A stretch of DNA of 64,000 bases, taken from the NCBI RefSeq assembly GCF_006345805.1, contig NC_042999.1, positions 4,526,001 to 4,590,000 of the forward strand, written 5' to 3'. Each line of letters starts with the position of its first letter. The first letter of the stretch is position 1. The stretch comes from Octopus sinensis. Lineage: Eukaryota. The notes below the pieces were generated by a model, which did not search any database, was not told the DNA's origin, and saw only the letters and a program-made list of their open reading frames with translations. The position numbers were made by a program, and so were the translations under genes. This document shows, in pieces, positions 27,291 to 39,945 of the stretch.

Positions 27291-27296
27291 TTTATT
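27291..27296 (-). promoter_or_regulatory. Candidate polyadenylation signal AATAAA of MIC19
   Basis: tttatt on the + strand, about 290 nt downstream of the stop codon. Confidence 0.45.
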
Positions 27297-27582
27297 CTCT
27301 TGTAATCATTCCCTTTTAACGAAGCCAAATACAATTAATTGTGAAGACTAAGATATAAAAGAATGTCTCGTCTCTTCTAACAGCTTTGAACAAGCCACAG
27401 ACAAACATAACAACTCTAATGGAAGTGGGAAGACGGCCCTTCAAGGTCTTAAGTTTGGTGGTAATCTGCAGGACGGCTGCTTTGATGGTAAGTAATCTTT
27501 TTGAAGAACTGCAGCCGTGGAATCTTCCATTGACCATACCCAGCATTCTTAGAATATTGTTTCAATTGGTGCAAGAATTAGG

Positions 27583-27609
27583 TCAGACTTTCTTGGCAAG
27601 AATAACATT
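27583..27609 (-). CDS. CHCHD3: MIC19 terminal coding exon G (NVILAKKV*)
   Basis: Strong acceptor tttttttttctttcttcAG, phase 0. The short tail before TGA is comparable in length to the CHCHD3 C-terminal tail. Confidence 0.85.
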   Translation of the reverse strand, partial: NVILAKKV

Positions 27610-28199
27610 CTGAAGAAAGAAAAAAAAAACAGTAGAAATAGAAATACAACACAATCAAAACAGGAATATATATATTCTTTTCTATTTCAGGTACAAGGAA
27701 GTGGTTAGATCGACCCTAGTGTGAAACTGGTACTTAAAGGCAAAGTTGACCTCAGCAGAATTTGAACCCAGGACATAAAGACACAAAATGCCCCTAAGTA
27801 TTTTGCCCAGCATCCTAATGATTCTACCAACTTTATATATTATGGAGATGCAGTTACATAGCAAGTGATTGCATTGTGGGAGACATATTGTTAGCTATTT
27901 AGAAACACACAGAAACTGTTTACTTTGCTTAAACATTTCTTGTTTGTAATAATGGTGCCAACATTTTCATCGGTCGAAACTGCAGCTGAATTTTTGTGTC
28001 AGTGAACAAGTCACAGTTTCAAGCAATGACATTTCTTGACTCTATTATTACAAACAATAAATGTTTAAGTGAAATTAAGGCTTTTTGTGTTTCTAAACAT
28101 CTAAGGCTGCAATCACTGTATACATATATATATATAGATAGATCTTTAAATATATTCAATGAGAATACTATATACTGAATTTATATTGAGTGCTATATT

Positions 28200-30175
28200 G
28201 TATCAAAGTATTAATACTATTAAAATATTTATATATTAAATACAAGTGATTATATATATTTTTTAATAATATTTTTTAATTATATCTATTACCTAATAAG
28301 ACAAACTTATTTTTACAATTTGACATCAACAATTATTACGCATCAATATCACCAATTATATCAAATAAAGCTATAATTTTAGCCAAAAATCATACTGACA
28401 TTACACCATAGGAAATTGATATTATTCTATTAGATAGAAAAACACTAATTAAATTCAATGACAAAATATGGTGCCAATCTGGTAATAATAGTTTATTTAT
28501 TTATTTGATATTACAATGGGATCGTCCGATTCCGCACAGATCTAGTAGGATTATATTTATTATGAGACTAAACAATACTTCCCAGCTTTGATGGGAGGAT
28601 TATATAGAGATGATGCACTCCTTGTCTATAATGGTAGATCCAAAAGAAAATAGGAAAAATGAGAGAGGAATTATAAAAATTTTGGCTTATCTATCACATT
28701 TGAGGAAAGTTATTCTAAAGCAAATTTTTTAGACGTAATCTTAGACCTTAATAATTTAACCTACTATCCATTCCATAAACCTAATGAATATCTTAAATAT
28801 ATAAATATTAATTCAAATTATCATATATTATTTATGATACTTTTAAGTAATGATCTATCTACTAGAATATCTGACCTATCTTATAATGAAGAAATTTTTA
28901 ATAATCATGCCAATTATTACAATCCGGCTTTAGCTGCTAGCGGATTCAAACAAAATATTAAATACATAAAGGATACTAAACTAAAAATTTTCATAGCACA
29001 AATGGAATTAATACATGCGCTACTAAAACAAGAAATAAAGATAACCTTAAATATAACAATAATATGAAATTAATAAAAAATGAAGAACTTCTATACAATA
29101 AAAAAACCTAGAAAAAATAATGATAGGCAAAGAACTAAATATAATAATAACGACAAATACTCAATGAAAAATATACAAATCCCAAAACTAATATATAAAT
29201 GTAATTAAACTATCTAATAGAAGTGGAAGGAGAGACATTATTTGGTACAAACTGCCATTTTCATTAAATGTTAAGGGTTTAGCAAAAAAGTTTTTAAATA
29301 TAGTTAAAAAAAGTTTTCCTAGGAATCATAAATATCATCATATATTTAATAGATTATCGATTAAAATATCCTTCTCTACAATATCAAACATAGGATCTAA
29401 TATAGCCTGTTCTCATAAAAGGAAAATTAACAAATATAAAAACAGCCATAATAATAATAACTTTAACAATAATAATAATGATGGTAATAATATAAGAACT
29501 AACAATAGGAGTATATGTAATACTTATAATACTGGAACACCTAAACCCAAGCAAAATTCTAACTACAATACATTTGAAAATATAAAAAGTGCCTTAGATA
29601 ATATAATACCACAAGCTAATAATATTAAAAATAATTCAAAAGCAATAAATATATCTAATTCTATGATAAATAATACTACAATAAATTCAACATTAATACC
29701 ACAAATAACCATAACAATAGTAGACACTATTCAGCTGAACAGAAATATAATAATAAAAATAAGAACTGCTCATGTGAAAATTAAAAATTATGTCCTTTAA
29801 AAGGCAATTGTAGAAGATTTAATGTAATATACAAATGCAGAGTTACATTAATTAATAATTCACAAAGTAAGGTATATAAAGGTAGTTCTGTTAATTTTAA
29901 GCAAAGATTTTTAGTGCGAATATATTCCTTTAAGCCAAATATAGCCACCAATACAACGTCATTAGCTACATATATACATAAACTAAAGAAAAACAAAGTT
30001 AACTATAAATTGGAATGGTCTCTAATAGATTCAGCCACACCATACACGCATAAATCTAATAGTTGCCGTCTCTGTATGAAAGAATCACTGTATATATTAT
30101 TATATAAACATAAGAACTTAATAAATTGTCAGTCAGAAGCACTTTTAGAAGCATTATTTTAAACACTCTTAGATT
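28200..30175 (+). mobile_element. Decayed Penelope-like element in the last MIC19 intron (antisense to host)
   Basis: RT remnants FDITMGS, GLYRDDAL, NFLDVILDL, YPFHKPN. C-terminal IIWY..PF, CPLKGNC, VIYKC, TSLATYI..LK, CRLCMKE (GIY-YIG region). Confidence 0.85.
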
Positions 30176-30213
30176 ACCAATAGGAAAACAGATTAAAAGA
30201 TTAGTAAACTTAC

Positions 30214-30349
30214 TTGTCTTGCTTGGTCGACAGCTGTAGCAAAGGCATGAACTTCCGCTGAGCAGTTAAGTGGGTGAGACTGATTGGTGCGATAGCATTC
30301 CAATACCTTCAGCTGGAGATCTTCGCAGACAGGAGCCTCAACATGTTTT
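30214..30349 (-). CDS. CHCHD3: MIC19 coding exon F, 136 nt, phase 2 to 0, CHCH domain
   Basis: Acceptor tttgtcaattacAG and donor GTaagt. Translates to KHVEAPVCEDLQLKVLECYRTNQSHPLNCSAEVHAFATAVDQARQ, resembling CHCHD3 PVCADLQAKILQCYRENTHQTLKCSALATQYMHCV. Confidence 0.95.
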
Positions 30350-31224
30350 CTGTAATTGACAAAAGTAAAGTTGACTAATTCATCATCATCATTGTTGGAC
30401 AGTTCGACCAGGGTCTGGGAAGCCAGGAGGCTGCACCAGGCTCCAGTATGATCTGGCAGTGTTTCTACAGCTGGATGCCCTTCCTAATGCCAACCACTCC
30501 ATGAGTGTAGTGGGTGCTTTTTACGTTGGTGCCTTTTACGTGCCACAGGTACAGAAGCCAGTCAAGGCGGCGCTGGCATCGGCCATATTCGGATGGTGCT
30601 TTTTACGTGCCACTGGCAATACTAAATACATTTAGAATATACAAGTGTGTTTAAATGAGTTTAGCATCATACTTTTAACATCCACATTTCAATGGTTGAA
30701 TAGAGTTTATCGAGGCTGATTTTCTGTGGCCGGATGTTCTTCCTGGGGCCACCATAACTTATTTCCAAGCAAAGTCATATTACTCCCATGGCTAGGCTTG
30801 CATTCACAGAACATTGGAAACAAATGACACTACTTGTTTAACAGTGACACTCGTTCACAACTACCACACTTTAAGAAGACACACACACACACACACACAC
30901 AGGCTTCTTTCAGTTTCCATCAACCAGATCCACTTACAAGGGTTTGGTCAGTGTAGGGATATAGTAGAAGACACTTTCCCAAGATGTCATGCAGTAGAAC
31001 TGAACCTGAAACCATGCGGTTGGAAAGTAAACTTCTTAACCACACAGCCACATCTGCACCCCTTATTTCTCAAAGTGGATGTAGATATATACAAGATTGC
31101 CTTATTTGGAAGGTGAAATAGCAACAACATAAGACAGCCAATAAGAACTAAATAAGAAAAAGCAGCAGCTCACAGCTGAAACGAATTAATCAAATCCATA
31201 AACTGATCCATATAACCTACTCTT

Positions 31225-31620
31225 TTATTCTTTTACTTGTTTCAGTCATTTGACTGGCCATGCTGGAGCACTGCCTTTAGTCAAGCAAATCAACCCCAGG
31301 ACTTATTCTTTGTAAGTCTGGTACTTAATCTATCAGTTTCTTTTGCTGAACTGTTAAGTTACAGCGACGTAAGCACACCAGCATCGGTTGTCAAGCGATG
31401 TTGGGGAAACAAACAAACATACACACACATATATATATATATATATACACATATACTCGACGGGCTTCTTTCAGTTTTCATCTACCAAATCCACTCACAA
31501 GGCTTTGGTCGGCCCGAGGTTATAGTAGAAGACACTTGCCCAAGGTGCCACACAGTGGGACTGAACCCGGAACCATGTGGCTGGTAAACAAGCTACTTAC
31601 CACACAGCCACTCCTACGCC
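31225..31620 (-). mobile_element. tRNA-derived SINE (same family)
   Basis: Near-identical to 21765-22112. Confidence 0.85.
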
Positions 31621-32124
31621 TATTTATTATATACATTTGAAATAGGATCTAACATCAACATTCTCGATTGTAATACAAGTAGTATGGCAGTAATAGTGAT
31701 GTAAATGGAATAATCTCAGACCGGGCAATGTATGTGTTTATGAGCGAAACACCTAAGCCCCATGCAGCTGCGGCAGAAGGTAATGGCGAAACTTCTGCTG
31801 ACTCTTTCGCCACAATTTCTCTCACTCTTTCCTCCTGCATCTTGCAGCTCACCTGCGACAGACCGGTGTCTTGTCCAGGTGGGGAACCTATATGCCAAGG
31901 AAACCGGGAAACCGGCCCTTATGAGCCAGGTATGGCTCGAGAAGAAACAAACAAACAACATGTGGTTGGGAAGCAAAGTTCTTACCACAAAGCCATTCCT
32001 GCACTTCATGAATATTTCTAACATTATTTACAGAACAGAATAACCAATGAAAAGACAAAAGAAAATTTCAGGTGTGTTGCTAATTTTTTTCCTTTTAACA
32101 AAAAAAAAAAGAAGAAAAAAAAAC

Positions 32125-32502
32125 AAAGGAGTGGCTGTGTGGTAAGTAGCTTGCTAACCAACCACATGGTTCTGGGTTCAGTCCCACTGCGTGGCATCTT
32201 GGGCAAGTGTCTTCTACTATAGCCTCGGGCCGACCAAAGCCTTGTGAGTGGATTTGGTAGACGGAAACCGAAAGAAGCCTGTCGTATATATATATATATA
32301 TATATGCGTGTATGTTTGTCCCCCCAACATCGCTTCACAAACGATGCTGGTGTGTTTACGTCCCCGTCACTTAGCGGTTCGGCAAAAGAGACCGATAGAA
32401 TAAGTACTAGGCTTACAAAGAATAAGTCCCCGGGTCGATTTGCTCGACTAAAGATGATGCTCCAGCATGGCCGCAGTCAAATGACTGAAACAAGTAAAAG
32501 AG
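32125..32502 (+). mobile_element. tRNA-derived SINE (same family, opposite orientation)
   Basis: Head ggagtggctgtgtggtaagtagc at 32128. Forms an inverted pair with 31225-31620. Confidence 0.85.
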
Positions 32503-32582
32503 AGTACAGATCACATTACATAAAATTCTAAAAGATCAACTCCCACCCATCCATCACGCAAATAGGGATACAATTTACTCAC

Positions 32583-32653
32583 AGGAATTTGTTTTCTACT
32601 TCTTCCACTGCTTTTGCAAATTCTTGCCTTGTGGCAGTATTCATCTTTGTACT
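32583..32653 (-). CDS. CHCHD3: MIC19 coding exon E, 71 nt, phase 0 to 2
   Basis: Acceptor ccgtgttccAG and donor GTgagt. Translates to STKMNTATRQEFAKAVEEVENKF(L), resembling CHCHD3 TTEQYQKAAEEVEAKF. Confidence 0.92.
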
Positions 32654-33965
32654 CTGGAACACGGAATATAAGGTGAAAGAGAAATGGAAATTTGAGAAAC
32701 TATTGTCCTTGGGAATACAGAACAGAAATATCATACAAGTTTACAAAGGAAAAGGTTTGGTAATTTCAAAGATTTTACATAACTGTCGTGGATACATTGT
32801 TTGGTCATCTCAGCAGCTTGGTCTAATACAAGATTTATGTTGAGGCAACTGATCTATTATTAAGAATATCGTCAACATCACTGGAAACATATGGGGCAGT
32901 TCATTGAGGTGGATTTTCTGCAGCCAGGTGCTCTTCCAGTCACCAACAATAACTGGTTTCCAAGCAAGGAAATATTTTTCCATGGCCAGAGATAAAGGAA
33001 ACTGCTTGTATGGCAGTGATGCTCATTTACAGCTTTTGCACAGTGTCAGGACAAGGCCACACACAGGTACATATGATTGTGTGTGTGTGGGTATACATAC
33101 ACACACATCATCATTTAACATCTGCTTTCCATGCTGGCATGGGTTGGACGGTTTGACAGAGGGCTGGCGAACCAGATGGCTGCACCAGGCTTCAGTCTGA
33201 TCTGGCAGAGTTTCTACAGCTGGATGCCCTTCCTAACGCCAACCACTCCAAGAGTGTAGTGGCTGCTTTTACGTGCCACCGGCACGAGGGCTAGTCAGGC
33301 GGTACTGGCAATGGTCACACGCAAATGGTGTTTTTTATGTGCCACTTGCACAGATGCCAGTCTAGCAGCACTGGCAACAACCTTGCTCGAATGTTGTTTT
33401 CATGTGCCACTGGCACAAGTGCCAGTATGGTGACACTGGTAACGATCACACGCGAATGGTATTCCATCTACCAAATCCACTCACAAGACTTTGGTTGGCC
33501 AATGACCATAGAAAACCTTGTCCAAGATACCCAAGGTGTCGTGCAGTGGGACTGAACCCAAAATCATGGGGTTGGAAAGCAAACTTCCTAACCACACAAC
33601 CATGCCTGTGCCTCTGTTAGAAAAACTGTAATTCAAAACTCTGGGCAGACAAACAACTTATTTCTTTTCCTGTGAAGCCTTCCATGGCTTAGTGGTTAGG
33701 GTATTCCAGTTCACAATTGTAAGGTTGTGAATTCAATTCCCAGTGAGAACTACATTAAAGGTGTGCATGTCTGTGGAGTACTCATCCACTTGCACATTAA
33801 TTTCATGAGCAGGCTGTTTTATTGATAAGATCAGCTGGAACCCTCAACGTTGTAACCGCCTTCACAAGTCTGTTTAGCTAAATGGCAAAACCAATGAATA
33901 ACTCATATTTTAAAACACTAAACAATTTTTAGTTTTAAAAGAAAAAAAAATTGAAAATCACAAAC

Positions 33966-34139
33966 CTGGAGTTGCAGAGATTGCATTTTATCTTGGTAAA
34001 ATTCTTCAATGGATCTGAAAGCTTTTTCTCGCTCCACATAAATTTCGTTCATTTGTTTATAAATATGATTTCGTTCCATGGCAATCAATTCCTTCTCCTT
34101 GCTTTCGGCCTCAACAGCTGGAGCAAGAACTTCTGGCGG
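33966..34139 (-). CDS. CHCHD3: MIC19 coding exon D, 174 nt, phase 0-0, coiled coil
   Basis: Acceptor ttcctggtAG and donor GTttgt. Translates to PPEVLAPAVEAESKEKELIAMERNHIYKQMNEIYVEREKAFRSIEEFYQDKMQSLQLQ. The FRSIEEFYQDKMQSL segment aligns with CHCHD3 LKKQDAFYKEQLARL. Confidence 0.9.
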
Positions 34140-36039
34140 CTACCAGGAACAATATCAAATAAAACCATTTTCATTTCTTTCAACAACAACAACAGTCCAG
34201 ACATTAAACTGGGGTCCGTGTAAAAATTTGATTATCGATATGTCAATAAGCCCATGAAGATCAGTAGCAATGAAGAGTGGATTAATTTTAGAAGATTTAA
34301 GATTTGCAGAACATGTCTAAATTTTAATTACTGTTAGTTCTCACTCCACAGCAAAAGTTATATATGGAAGGGGTAATACACACAATTACGAATGATTTGA
34401 AAAACTATATTCACTGAAACACCTAACTTTAACCCTTTAGCATTTAAACTGGCCCTAACCGGCCAAAAGTATTCTGCCTGTTTTATGTTCAAACTGGCCA
34501 GATCTGGTCTCTCACACTAACCCTACAATATCGTTTTAAAAGTTAACAGCTACCTCATCAAAATCTCATCACTACAAGATAATGCTGGATTAGTTCAAAA
34601 CAAAGTGGATGAAAAGGGATTAATTTTGGCAGAATAATGTGAACACTAAAGGGTTAAAGACAGCCAAAGAACTACACATCACTTATCTAAAAGATGGACA
34701 AACCCTCTGGATACCAACCCACCTGGCACTGCTGCTGGGTTCTTTGACTCAAACCTCCTGATTTAACCCTTTGGCATTCACATTACTCTGTCAAATGTAA
34801 TGTTTATTTATCCACATTGAATTAATCGTGAATTATTTCAAAGCTTTGAGATTTCAAACTTTGTGTTTGCTTACTTTCAGAATGACATTGTAAGGTAGAC
34901 GTGAGAAGCCAGATCCAGCCAGTTTGAATATAAAACCAGTAGGAGTATTTTTAGCCAGATATGGCTAGTTTAAATGCTAAAGAACTGAAGTGATCTAAAT
35001 TTAAACCTTTCATCATAATTTCATGTTACTTTCTCGTCTAGATGCCAGTTTAAAAATGACAAAACTATTTCGATAAATTTTTCATTATTTTCAAAACTAA
35101 TTAAAATAAAGGCATTTTATTTCAACAGAAATATGGTAATAAAATGGTCAACCCTTTCGATACCAACCTACCTGAAACTGCCCTTGGCTATATGATACTT
35201 CTCATGATCTAAATTCACCTTTAGCATGCTTAAGGCACATCATGTCACTGTACGAGTTTTCTCCCCTGTAGCTGCAGGTGCATTGTGTCGCATTGAGAAA
35301 ACTCATACAGCAATGTGAGGCATCTACAGCATGTTAAAGGTTTAAAGCTTTTCATAAAAATTTCATTTTAATTTTTGTTCCAAATATCAATTTAACAATG
35401 ACATCATCATTATCACCTTTACCATTTACATCCACTTTTCCCTGCCTGCATGGGTCAGATGGAATTCATTTAGGCATATTTCTTATAGCTGGATGCCCTT
35501 CTAGTCACCAACTCTCAACTGTTTCCAAGCAAGAAATATTTTTCTGGCAATATTACCTTGCATATTCACATGGGTCAGACAAGGTGATGCTTGTCTACAA
35601 CCATCACAGGATGTCAAGACAAAGATACACATCAGCACACACACACACACACATGAGGCTTCTCATAGTTTCCATCAATCAAATCCATTCACAAGGCTTC
35701 GGTCAGGTCATGGTTATAGGACACTTGCCCAAGGTGCCACACAGTGAGATTGAACCTGACACTATCATACTTGGGAAGCAAGCTTCTTAACCACTCAGCC
35801 ACACACACATTATTTTACTAAATTCTTTGTTATCTTAGAAATTTATTAAAATATGTAGAGAGTGTATTTCAGTGGCAATATAGTAAGAAAAGAGTTAAAG
35901 AAAGTTAGCAACATTTCTCTATTTACATCGAAGATTAAATACAGAATATGAAACAAGATCAACATTTGCAATATTTTCTAAACATACATTGATCTCATAC
36001 AAACCTTGTCACATTAATTCAATTTAGCCATAAGTACAA

Positions 36040-36250
36040 AATGAAATAAAAGTAAATTAAAATGAAATAAAATACAATTAAATTAAAATGAAATAAAATT
36101 AAATGAAATGAAATAAAATAAAATTAAAATTAAATTAAATTAAATTAAAATGAAATAAAATTAAATTAAAATGAAATAAGATTAAATTAAAATGAAATAA
36201 AATAAAAATAAAATTTTTAAAATGAAATAAAAATTAAATAAAATCATGAA
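36040..36250. repeat. Degenerate pentanucleotide satellite (AAATT/AAATG/AAATA)n
   Basis: Directly visible in the sequence. Confidence 0.9.
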
Positions 36251-36881
36251 ATAATAAGCAAAATTTTCTCTTTGCTACAAAAAAAAAATTAAATTATTGT
36301 GGAATGTAACAGCAGCAGATAGCAAGCTAAAAATAAAAGCCTCAAGAAAATAAAGATGATTAAATGATAAAATGCTGTAAAGAATTTAGAATTTTGTTAG
36401 ATGAAAAAATAAGACTTCCATCAATTATTAAGACCAAGTTTTAAGTCTTAGAACCATCACTGTCCTTGTTTAAACGTCCACTTTTTCATGCTCACATGGG
36501 TCGGACAATTTGTTGACCTAGGATTTTCTATGCTCAGAAGCTTCTTCTGTCCCTCAACCGGATGAGATGATACATTCCTCTTTCTCCTCAATGGTATGTC
36601 ACCTTTGGAGAATTCTTGAATCTTGAGATTATCTCTGCTTCACGTCGTGTGGAGTTGATCATCATTGACATTGTCAACAGGAGGAAACGAGTTTTAATAA
36701 ACCAAGAATTTATGCTGTGTGGTATTTGGAACACACGGATTTCTCTGTCTTGTTCAAATACATGCGACTGACCATTAAGTTCTTCCTCTTGGACACTTTA
36801 TATGTGTGTGTGTGTGTATGTATATGTATATATATATATGTGTGTGTGCATATGTATATATATAGATATATATGTATATAG

Positions 36882-36913
<32 letters not shown>

Positions 36914-37453
36914 TATAGATATATAAATATGTATATAGATATATAAATATATAGATATATATATGTATATAGATATATAAATATGTATATAGATATATAA
37001 ATATATATATATATTTATGTATATAGATATATATATGTATATATATTTGACAAAATGGGTAAAAATTAAAAAAGTGCATAGCATTACATTAAACAATACA
37101 TTCAAAAGTTTAAATAGAAACGCAAATGGAAAATTCTCCATGTAGAATCCTGCTAATTTCTCCCCAGTTCTTGTCCACAAGATCACGCCTTTAACGATAA
37201 CATTGTTCACTTTTGGTGGCATGAAGCTGCTGGGAATAGCAAACGGACAGGTGACAGTGAAGAAAACTGTCCACTGTTCATTTGCAATTTCCAGCAGCTT
37301 CTCTCCATTAATGCCAACAAAAATCAACAAAATTATTGTTAAAGGGATGAAACTGTTAGGATCTTTTGGACAAGAACTGATGAGAAATTAGGAATATCCT
37401 ATGTGGGAAATTTCCATCTGTTAGGTTTCTATTTAAATTTTAGAACATATGTA

Positions 37454-38325
37454 TTAGGTCATCCCATAAATAATGCAGTTTTTTTCATTTGTATGAACTA
37501 AAAGTCGGAGAGGGACGAAATAAACTACCCGCATCATCTTGCTATAAAAGCAGGTAGTAATTTTACTTCGTCCTTATTCTTAGTGCATGTTTTGGAGAGT
37601 GCAGTTCGATTTTAACAGCTATTTTTTCAAAGCTATAATGGAAGTGACAAAGGAGCATATTCAGCATATTTTGCTTTATGAGTTCAATAAAAGCAACAAT
37701 GCAATGGGAAGTGCAAAGATTATTAATGCAGTATATGGGGATCGGACAATAAGTGTAAACCAGAGTCAACGGTGGTTCTAGAAATTCTGAGCCAGAAACT
37801 ACAGCCTAGAAGATGAGATTTGTCCTGGAAGATCTGTAGAGCCTGTTGAGGACATCTTGCAAATCTGGTGGAACAAAATCCCATTACAACTGTTGAGGAA
37901 CTAGCAGAGAAGTTTGGATTTGGTCATTCAACCAGTCATTTAAATCAGCATTAGAAGAAAAATGACCATCTTTGGTTTCAAGACAAAAGGTGTTCTTCCA
38001 TCAGGATAATGCTCAGCCACATACAGCAAAGATGACATTCCAAAGGCTGGAGCAGTTTGAATGGGAAATGATGCCTCACCCACCATATTCACTAGATGTT
38101 GTCCCATCTGATTATCATTTATTCCACAGTCAGTACTGGAAGAGTATTTTTCATAAGGAAGAAGTGAATTTTGGAAGAGGAGCCTTGCAAGTCTACCAGA
38201 TAGACAGTAGAGCATTGTAGAAAATGAAGGGCAATATATTTTAGATTAAAAAAGAACTTTGATTATATTAATTTTGAAAAATTAAAGAAGTATAAAGAAA
38301 TTGCATTATTTATGGAATGACCCAA
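37454..38325 (+). mobile_element. Internally deleted mariner transposon with TIRs and TA TSD
   Basis: TIRs ttaggtcatcccataaataatgcagtt and ttgcattatttatggaatgacccaa. Remnants HILLYEF, FHQDNAQPH, HPPYSLDVVPSDYHLF. Confidence 0.9.
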
Positions 38326-38711
38326 TATGTATATATATATAGATATATATGTATGCGTATATATATATATATATATGTGTGTATGTATGTATATTATATA
38401 TATATATATACACACACAAGTGAGTGGACAAACAAAAGAAAAAGGTATTCAACACATTTTTAAAAAACAGTTCCACACATTTTTATTTAAAATAGTTTGA
38501 TTTGGTTCCATGTGACTAACAGTTTTGCAGGCTTCTAACAGAAAGCAAACTTGTTTAGTCTCAGATAAGAGAATGGAGGAATTTTACCATTCAGCAATCT
38601 GAGCCTGAATGAGTTAGGTTTCTGTTAGAAGTTTGCAAAATTCAAAATCACATGCAACCAAATCAAACTGTTTTAAATGAAAATAATAACAATTATATAC
38701 ATATGTATATA

Positions 38712-38744
<33 letters not shown>

Positions 38745-38746
38745 TT

Positions 38747-38779
<33 letters not shown>

Positions 38780-39083
38780 TGATCAACACCATTATTTGAT
38801 ATCCAATTCTCCACCCTTCCAGGTGTCACACAGAGTTTGTTGAGGCAAAACGTCTAAGGGCAGATGCCTTTGCTGTCACCAACCATTACCTGTCTTCAAG
38901 CAAGTTAATAGTCACCTGTGTCCAACATGCTTTTCGCAAAAGACAGGAAATTGAGATCACAAATGTGATAGTGATGCCCATGTGTAATTATAAGACAAGG
39001 GAACACACAAGCAAACATATATATATGAATATATACACGTCTGTATCAGTGTGTATATGTACATACGTACATACATGCATACA

Positions 39084-39133
<50 letters not shown>

Positions 39134-39817
39134 TGCATGCATACATACATTGCCAAAGATCCCAGCATCACCATCACAATACAGGACCAGATACTGCTTG
39201 GGTTTCAAGAACCCATAGCTCCTCAATATTCTTCCAAAATGAGTGAGTGGCCTGTATGATGTGCACGTGTCTTCAAAACAAAACTGTATCTCCTCCTGCC
39301 AAGGGTTTGAGATGATCCTACCTCGTGGCAGGAAACAGAGATGAAGGTAGCAGCACCAATCCCACCTCATTCACTGAATGCCACACATCAGAGAAAGGTT
39401 TCAAATAATGGTGTAGCACAGCCAACAGTAGTGCCCCAGCATGACCACAGCTCTAAAGCTGATACAATTTCGAAAGTTAAAGAATATACATGCATACATA
39501 TGTATGTATATATATACACATATATATATGCATACATGTATATATATATATACATGTATATATATGCATACGTGTATATACATATATATATATGCATGTG
39601 TATACATATGTATGCATACGTGTATATATATGCATAAGTGTATATATATATATATATGCATACGTGTATATATATATATATATATGCATACATATGTATA
39701 TATAGATATCTATATGCATGTATATATATGTATATGTGTGTGCATACATACATGCATGCATGTACGTACGTATATATATTTCATATGTATGTGAAAAGTC
39801 GAAAAGTAATACACAAT

Positions 39818-39881
<64 letters not shown>

Positions 39882-39945
39882 ATATTATACATACGCATAC
39901 GTATATGTAACTTTTTGATACCACTTCAATGCACATATATATATG

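Noticed and set aside
27418-27440. GSGKT Walker-A-like motif in the antisense exon candidate
   Set aside because: It lacks the first Gly of GxxxxGKT, and such a short match is expected by chance.
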